DNA of 64,000 nucleotides, taken from the IMG/VR virus record IMGVR_UViG_3300029914_000023, positions 908 to 64,907 of that record; one strand, written 5' to 3'. The DNA is from a virus (Duplodnaviria > Caudoviricetes). Under the pieces are notes generated by a model that saw only the letters and a list, made by a program, of their open reading frames with translations, made no database searches and had not been told where the DNA came from. Below, piece after piece: positions 58,295 through 64,000 of this stretch. Position 1 is the stretch's first letter; each line of letters opens with the position of its first letter. The position numbers and the translations under genes were made by a program.

Positions 58295-60361
58295 ATGGAT
58301 TTGGTCGGCACTTCCGCGCTATCAGGAAGCCGTCTCCAGCGAGTACGTGGCAGCCTGCGTCGGATGACCGACTACAGACGCCAGTTCGATCAACGCCGGG
58401 CGATCTTCTACCGTCAGTACGTTGGTCAGCGCGATGCGCAAAAGTTTCCGGATAACGTAACAAACCGCGCTAATACCTTTGTTCCGTATCCTTTGTCTAA
58501 CGTCGAGACCATCGTATCCCGTGTGGACGATGCGTTCTTTAGCTTCGCGCCGTGGTTTGAAGTGGACGGCGTGACTTCCGTGGACGATCATGCTTCGGAA
58601 GCGATGCAGTTGATCCTGGACAAGAAACTCTCTCAGGCCAAGTTCAAGGCCAACTTCGAGGAGTTCGTCAGGACTTGCGCTATTTACGGCTTCGCCGGTC
58701 TCAAAGTTGATTGGGACTGGTCCTACAAAACACTCACAAAGCCCGTACCTACATTCGCTATGCAGAACGGGCAACCGATTCCTGATCCGAATACAGGCCA
58801 GCCTATCGTCGTTGGCTATCACCCGCAGACTTTCCAAGTCCCGGCGTGTTGCCCGAAGATTACGGCTATCGACATTTACGATCTTCTGGTGGACCCCGAT
58901 GGGGGTATCACCGCCTGTCTGACAGAACGAACGCTCGGCGAGATAAAGCAATACTGTGAAGCCTACAAGCAAGCCACAGGAAGCGACTATTTCTACCCGG
59001 AGTCTCTAGCACAACTAGAAGCACTCATCGTTGAGGCAGAGCCTGAGCAACCAGACAGCGTTCTGGTCCGCTACGCTGAGATGTGGGACAGCAACGATAA
59101 TAGCTGCACCATCGTCACATTCGGCGAAGACAAAGATGCGATTGCCTGGAAGGACCTCCGAGCCAGTTACAGGGCGACAGCCTACAGCCCGTACAAGCGG
59201 AAGCTGTATGACGGCCCTCCGATCATGCTCTGGACGGGTCCCAACCCATTCGATCACAAGCGGAATCCGATCCTCTTCACAAGTTACATCAAGCTGCCCA
59301 ACGAAGTTTACGGCGTGGGCGCTATCGAAGTCATCACTGACCTAACGGAGTCGATGAACAAGTTCGTCAATATGGTGACGGACAACTGGAACATGGCAAT
59401 CAATCGTCGGTACGCCTACGACTCGAACGCCGACATCGACCACGAGCAGTTGAATCAGGCAAACGTTCCCGGTGGGAAGGTAGCAGTCAACGGTAATCCT
59501 TCAGAGGTAATCTTCCCGTTGCCCTTCTTCACACCAACTCAGGGCGACTATGCGATCCTTGAATTGTACAAGGGCATGATCGAAATGGGTTCCGGTATCA
59601 GCGACTTCTATGGCAAGTCCGTAGGATCGCCCACCGGTAATCGTACAGCCACTGGCATTAACTCCGTTATTAACGAGAGCAACTACCGGTTCAAACTGTT
59701 CATCCGCAATCTCGAACTGGATATTCTTCAGCCGATGCTGGCAATGTGTACTAGTATGCTTCAGCAGTACATGTCCGACAAGGAAGAACTCCTAATCACT
59801 AAGTCGCAGCAAGGACCTCAGATTCCTAAATGGATGGTTATTGATCCTGAAGCTATCATTGGTAATTATGAGTTTAATCTGACAGCAGCTAACTATGCTA
59901 CTAATAAACAAGTTAGGCAGAGAAATCTAATGACTTTTGCTCAAGTGGCCCAGCAGACTCCTTATTGGAGAGCAGGTGAGGGACTTAGAGAAATTGCAAA
60001 AGTCCTTGAGATAAGAAACGCTGATGATCTGATTAAGTCCGAACAGGAAGTTCAAATGGAGCAGGCAGCAGCACAGCAACAGCAAATGCAAGTTGCGTTC
60101 ACTGAAAAGGTACTTGACACCGAAGCGGCGATTACCGTTGCCGAGGCGGGTGCTAAGATCAAAGCGGAAGCTGCAAAGGGGGCTACTTTCAAAAGCCCTC
60201 CGAAATCAAACCCTAACAAGCCTGCCTTGAATAGGCCACAGGGCAGGCCACAGCAGCACGAGGTTGCCTTAAAGGGTATCAGCAGTACAGAGTCTGATAC
60301 CCGAACCTTTGCTCAATCTAATGGGGGCAATGCCCTAGGAAGGGTTCCAGTTGGCATTTAA
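58295..60361 (+). CDS. Portal protein
   Basis: 688 aa; P22-like portal patterns (IYG.AGLKV.W, YGVG.IE, RTATG); between TerL and scaffold. Confidence 0.85.
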   Translation: MDLVGTSALSGSRLQRVRGSLRRMTDYRRQFDQRRAIFYRQYVGQRDAQKFPDNVTNRANTFVPYPLSNVETIVSRVDDAFFSFAPWFEVDGVTSVDDHASEAMQLILDKKLSQAKFKANFEEFVRTCAIYGFAGLKVDWDWSYKTLTKPVPTFAMQNGQPIPDPNTGQPIVVGYHPQTFQVPACCPKITAIDIYDLLVDPDGGITACLTERTLGEIKQYCEAYKQATGSDYFYPESLAQLEALIVEAEPEQPDSVLVRYAEMWDSNDNSCTIVTFGEDKDAIAWKDLRASYRATAYSPYKRKLYDGPPIMLWTGPNPFDHKRNPILFTSYIKLPNEVYGVGAIEVITDLTESMNKFVNMVTDNWNMAINRRYAYDSNADIDHEQLNQANVPGGKVAVNGNPSEVIFPLPFFTPTQGDYAILELYKGMIEMGSGISDFYGKSVGSPTGNRTATGINSVINESNYRFKLFIRNLELDILQPMLAMCTSMLQQYMSDKEELLITKSQQGPQIPKWMVIDPEAIIGNYEFNLTAANYATNKQVRQRNLMTFAQVAQQTPYWRAGEGLREIAKVLEIRNADDLIKSEQEVQMEQAAAQQQQMQVAFTEKVLDTEAAITVAEAGAKIKAEAAKGATFKSPPKSNPNKPALNRPQGRPQQHEVALKGISSTESDTRTFAQSNGGNALGRVPVGI

Positions 60362-60746
60362 TTGGTTACGCAAAATTACCAGGCCACAAACCCCTCCCCC
60401 GTGGCAAGTTGTAGAACTTGAAAAGCCAATCCCGGTGCAGCGTGAAGATGACGCTGCGGCTATTGCCTCCTTAAAGGGGCATCCGGGAATTGACGCACTC
60501 CTAAACAGACTTCGCTTGCAGCAAGCCGTTCTGGAGACGAAACTTAGAACGACTCGTTATAAGGAGTTGGCTGATGTATATTTGGATCAGTCTGGTTTGT
60601 TTGGGCTTAGGGTTGCTCAACTTGAGATCGCTGCCGCAACACAGAATCTCGACGAAAAGCATAAGCCCCGTAAAGCTACCTTCAACGAAATAGAACAGTT
60701 CGAAAAAATCAGAGCATCCATCGAATCGGTGAGACCCACTGAATGA
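60351..60746 (+). CDS. Hypothetical protein after portal
   Basis: Usual position between portal and scaffold. Confidence 0.55.
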   Translation: MAFNWLRKITRPQTPPPWQVVELEKPIPVQREDDAAAIASLKGHPGIDALLNRLRLQQAVLETKLRTTRYKELADVYLDQSGLFGLRVAQLEIAAATQNLDEKHKPRKATFNEIEQFEKIRASIESVRPTE

Positions 60747-60777
60747 TGGAGCCTAAAGTATTCCTACAAGGAAAAGC

Positions 60778-61665
60778 ATGACAGTACAGAATACCAGCCA
60801 GAGCACCGTGTTTGATTTTAGCGATGCGCCTGGTGGCGATTTGAATCTGGACGACATTTTCGGGGAGAATGCTCCAGCGCCGACAACGACGGAAATCAAC
60901 CCCAATCCGCAACCGACTATCACGGAGACAACTCCGCCCTCTACTGAACCAGTCATCAAGACGAAGACCGGGACAGTGTACAAGTCGATTGACGACGCCG
61001 TTCAGGGCATTGAGCACAAAGATGCGCTCATCGCCCAGCTTCGGGAACAAGTAAAGCAGCAGACGGGGGCAGACCCGCTCGCTGCACGGAAACCTGCATC
61101 GACACCCCAGCCTGACGGTCCAAAGAGCTACATCGAGGACCAGGAAAAATACTTCGAGGACATCGCTGACGCGGTAGCTAAGAAGGACACCAAGGCTTAT
61201 ATGAATGCACAGCAGAAGCTGATCTGGGATAGTCTAGGACCATTGGCTCCAACTATTACGGCTTTGTCTAAAGCTAATGCAGAGCGTGTCGTTGTGCAAG
61301 AGATTCCAGACTTTAGGGGCTTCCTTGGGTCAGAGCAGTTCAATCAGCTTGACCAATACAGCCCTCTTCTGGCAGACGCTATCCGCACGGCGGAGATGAA
61401 TCCGCAAGCGGCCAGCCAGCTACCAGAGCTTTATAAGGTCGCGTATCTTGCAACTCAGGGCCGTCGAGTCCCGGAACTACTTCAATCCGCGCGGGCAGAA
61501 ACTGCTCCCCCGGTTCAACCTCGACCTACGGTTCATTCCACTCAGATTACTCCACCGCCAACTACAGGGGTACAGCAAGTACAACCGAGTTTGGATACTA
61601 AAGAAGGCCGACAGGCCCTTATTAAGCAAATGGAAGCAAATGACATTGGAAACCGTAGATGGTAA
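60778..61665 (+). CDS. Capsid scaffolding protein
   Basis: Acidic, P/T-rich, helical; precedes capsid gene. Confidence 0.7.
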   Translation: MTVQNTSQSTVFDFSDAPGGDLNLDDIFGENAPAPTTTEINPNPQPTITETTPPSTEPVIKTKTGTVYKSIDDAVQGIEHKDALIAQLREQVKQQTGADPLAARKPASTPQPDGPKSYIEDQEKYFEDIADAVAKKDTKAYMNAQQKLIWDSLGPLAPTITALSKANAERVVVQEIPDFRGFLGSEQFNQLDQYSPLLADAIRTAEMNPQAASQLPELYKVAYLATQGRRVPELLQSARAETAPPVQPRPTVHSTQITPPPTTGVQQVQPSLDTKEGRQALIKQMEANDIGNRRW

Positions 61666-61680
61666 CATCTAAGGTAAATC

Positions 61681-63352
61681 ATGCTTAAGAATTTTTTGAA
61701 TTTCGCGTTCGGCCTTCTGGGTATGGGCGCTGACGTTGTAACTGTTACGACTGGTACTGCTGGCAACTCTGGCAACGTGGCAGCCGATCTACAGACTTAC
61801 TTCAGTGCGAAGCTACTGGAAGTCGCCGAGCTTAATACAATCCTGGATAACTAATTGGTCCAGATCGAATTGTCTGAATAATGCAATTTGGCGAGAAGGC
61901 CCCTGTGCCTAGCAACTCGTCTAAGACGATTCAGTTCGTTTAACAACATGGACGAACTTAAATTTCGCGGTATGCGAGAACCTCCTAAAACCTTTTGTCC
62001 TAATAGCGGCAAAATCAAAAGGATATTACAATGGACGATTCGCAGGCAACCTGCAAGTGGGCCTATTTAGCGGGCCTGATATTGGGAGATGGTTTTATCT
62101 CCATGATCCCTTATAGTAATCACAAGAAAAGTTCTTCTGGATTTACAGCCATTAGACCTCTTGTTTGTTTTACTAATGAGGATGCAACTATTATCAAATC
62201 AGTTACTGACTGGTATGACGAGAATGGCATAAAGTATTATTTGGAAACTAGAAATAATCAAGGATTGAGCAAGCGCCCTATCATGAATATTTCAGTTCTT
62301 CGTTTCGACTCTGTGACAACTATTCTAACAAACATGATTCCGTGGCTTGTTGGAGATAAGAAAGCCAGAGCAGAACTTCTTCTTCGGTATGTAGCGAAAG
62401 AACGAAGAGGTCGGAGAGAGTTCGATCCAGATGATGCAGAGATTATCAAAGCTTTTCTAGCGGTATCGCCTAATGCTAGAAAAGGAAAGCCCACACGACT
62501 TGCAGAAGTCCTCAGAGACTATGAGCGAAACTCGGGAGACCGAGATGATATAGCCCGATCTGCTTAGAGATATGCAGAGTCTAGCAGAAATGCCTAGACC
62601 TCTCGTAAGAGAGTAACAACAATGCGTGAAGAGAAATTTTCAACTTCCGCAACTCCTACTCAGTTGACCGAGGGTTTGCCCCCCGATGCAGTCGGGCTAA
62701 CTTTGAATCAATTCGACGCAATAATGGAGCAATACGGATTTTTAACGCGTATTTCGGACTTGGCGGAATTGACCGCGAAGCACCCTGTTGTTCAACGTAC
62801 CATGCACCTGCTTTCCTTGCAGGCCGCAGAAACGTACGATCAACTTATCTTCAATGTTTTGAACGCCGGAACACAGACGTTCTTCCCCAACAGCCGCGCC
62901 GGTATTAGCAGCGTACTCCCAACCGATCTTCCCAACTACAACGATCTGACATCCATCGAAGCTACGCTTCAGACTCTGGGTGCTCGTGGTCTTGAGGGTG
63001 GGGATTACGTGGCTGTCATGGCCCCCAACGCATACAACGCGCTCCTACGCGATCCTGACTGGAAGGCGTCTCACGCCCTAAGTTCTCCGGACAAGATTTG
63101 GCGTGGCGAGGTCGATGCGCTGGCTGGTATCCGTGTGGTCCGGTCGAACGCTCCTGGCTTCCTGCCTTACACCGGCAACGTGACAACTGGCACATCTACC
63201 AAGGTGTACTCCAGCTTCGTTATCGGTCGTTACGCATACCAGATCAGCGACCTGCAAAACCTCCGGGTTTATGTGGTTGCTCCTGGTGGTCAGACTGACC
63301 CGCTGCAACAGTCCCGCAAGTTGGGTTGGAAGTTCGCTTTCAAGGCGATCAT
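61681..63352 (+). CDS. Major capsid protein (N4 gp56-like); exons 61681-61848, 61884-61940, 62625-63352, continuing beyond window
   Basis: Joined exons read ...ELNTILD-QFGEKAPVPSNSSKTIQFV-REEKF...LTEG...QYG...GEV...G.R...DPLQQ...GWK. Confidence 0.85.
61849..61883 (+). other. 35-nt group-I-like mini-intron lacking a catalytic core
   Basis: Exon ends in U; CUGGAU/GUCCAG P1 with U-G pair; ends in G; removal restores the reading frame. Confidence 0.7.
61941..62624 (+). mobile_element. Group I intron 2 of the capsid gene
   Basis: P1 AGUUCGUU/GACGAACU; R (AGAGACUA) and S (GAUAUAGCCC) elements; terminal G; encodes a LAGLIDADG ORF. Confidence 0.9.
62031..62567 (+). CDS. LAGLIDADG homing endonuclease
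   Basis: WAYLAGLILGDGFI. Confidence 0.9.
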   Translation: MDDSQATCKWAYLAGLILGDGFISMIPYSNHKKSSSGFTAIRPLVCFTNEDATIIKSVTDWYDENGIKYYLETRNNQGLSKRPIMNISVLRFDSVTTILTNMIPWLVGDKKARAELLLRYVAKERRGRREFDPDDAEIIKAFLAVSPNARKGKPTRLAEVLRDYERNSGDRDDIARSA

Positions 63353-64000
63353 TAAAAAGGTCCTACGCTATTTCAGCTAGGGTCTTGTGGTGACCTTATA
63401 GAGGAATCTATATTGAATAACATGGCTATTTCGGAAAACCTCTCTGTATTGAGACAATTCCGAGGAAAGGCCCTCTGGACTGCATTAGCCGTACTCCTTG
63501 ACGGAGAAGGCTGCATTTCGATCCTAAAGAACAATCGTCCTGCTCCTCTACTCGTTCAATATTCAGTGAATTTGAATTTTACGAATACGAATGGTGAGTG
63601 GTTAGAAGCATGGCGACAACGACTGGAAAAAGGAAATCTCTTTACGCTAGAACAGCCTAAAGAGAGGAACTGGAAAGCTCGTTATAACTGGATTGTTGCA
63701 GACAAAGCTAGTGTAGTTTACATCCTGAAAAAGATTCAACCGTACTTGATTTGTAAGCGCGAACAAGCGCAAGTCGCAATCGACTTTATCCAAAATAAGG
63801 TGGTTCTACCTTTTGGAGAACGCAATCACGTGAGACCTTCCGAGTTGGAGCTAACTCGACGGGAAGAACTTTACAACAGAATGCGGCAGCTTAATAAAAA
63901 AGGCCGAAGGGAATCCGTAGAGACTATACGCCAAGACCCCAGAACGGGGTGTGATATAGTCCGTTCTCCTGAGCAACCAGGAGCGCAAGACGCTAACGTT
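63353..64000 (+). mobile_element. Group I intron 3 of the capsid gene (3' end beyond window)
   Basis: AUCAU/GUGGU P1; AGAGACUAUA and GAUAUAGUCC core elements near window end. Confidence 0.85.
63422..64000 (+). CDS. LAGLIDADG homing endonuclease (runs off window)
   Basis: ATG 63422; LWTALAVLLDGEGCI; IQPYLICKREQA. Confidence 0.85.
   Translation, partial: MAISENLSVLRQFRGKALWTALAVLLDGEGCISILKNNRPAPLLVQYSVNLNFTNTNGEWLEAWRQRLEKGNLFTLEQPKERNWKARYNWIVADKASVVYILKKIQPYLICKREQAQVAIDFIQNKVVLPFGERNHVRPSELELTRREELYNRMRQLNKKGRRESVETIRQDPRTGCDIVRSPEQPGAQDANV

Larger units (their letters stand above)
320..60398. repeat. Dispersed 20-bp motif (CA)CCAGGC-N6-CCCCTC(CC), 20 copies
   Basis: Plus copies at 320, 6534, 10283, 13964, 19800, 25908, 28370, 33672, 41797, 43818, 48738, 56075, 60379; minus copies at 18665, 25852, 33268, 41693, 43668, 48645, 52111. 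Confidence 0.9.

Noticed and set aside
61846-61886. T4 gene 60-type ribosomal bypass
   Set aside because: No matched take-off/landing codons that resume in the right frame; group I splice-site features fit better

Overview
This window is most of a tailed dsDNA phage genome with podovirus-like virion genes; the host cannot be determined from the sequence. It has three blocks. (1) Plus strand 1-18.6 kb: lysis, tail fibre, adaptor/nozzle, ejection proteins and a Tlde1-like enzyme. (2) Minus strand 18.7-51.4 kb: tyrosine recombinase, nucleotide metabolism, UDG-fused family A DNA polymerase, five tRNAs, recombination genes, an ECF sigma factor, a phiEco32-type amidoligase/ATP-grasp/GATase cluster, and an RNA module with Ro60/TROVE, five Y-RNA-like genes, a methyltransferase and an Rnl5-type ligase. 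(3) Plus strand 52.2-64 kb: AAA ATPase, terminase, portal, scaffold and an intron-split major capsid gene. The strongest unexplained signals are: (a) five Ro60-adjacent Y-like RNAs, each displaying a different 7-nt anticodon-like loop; (b) a 35-nt core-less group-I-like mini-intron in the capsid gene; (c) a 20-bp motif CCAGGC-N6-CCCCTCCC in 20 copies, many as inverted pairs that bracket the recombinase or small structured RNAs; (d) a ~600-nt structured non-coding region; (e) four copies of a candidate promoter for the phage sigma factor. All calls come from manual reading; no searches or folding programs were run.
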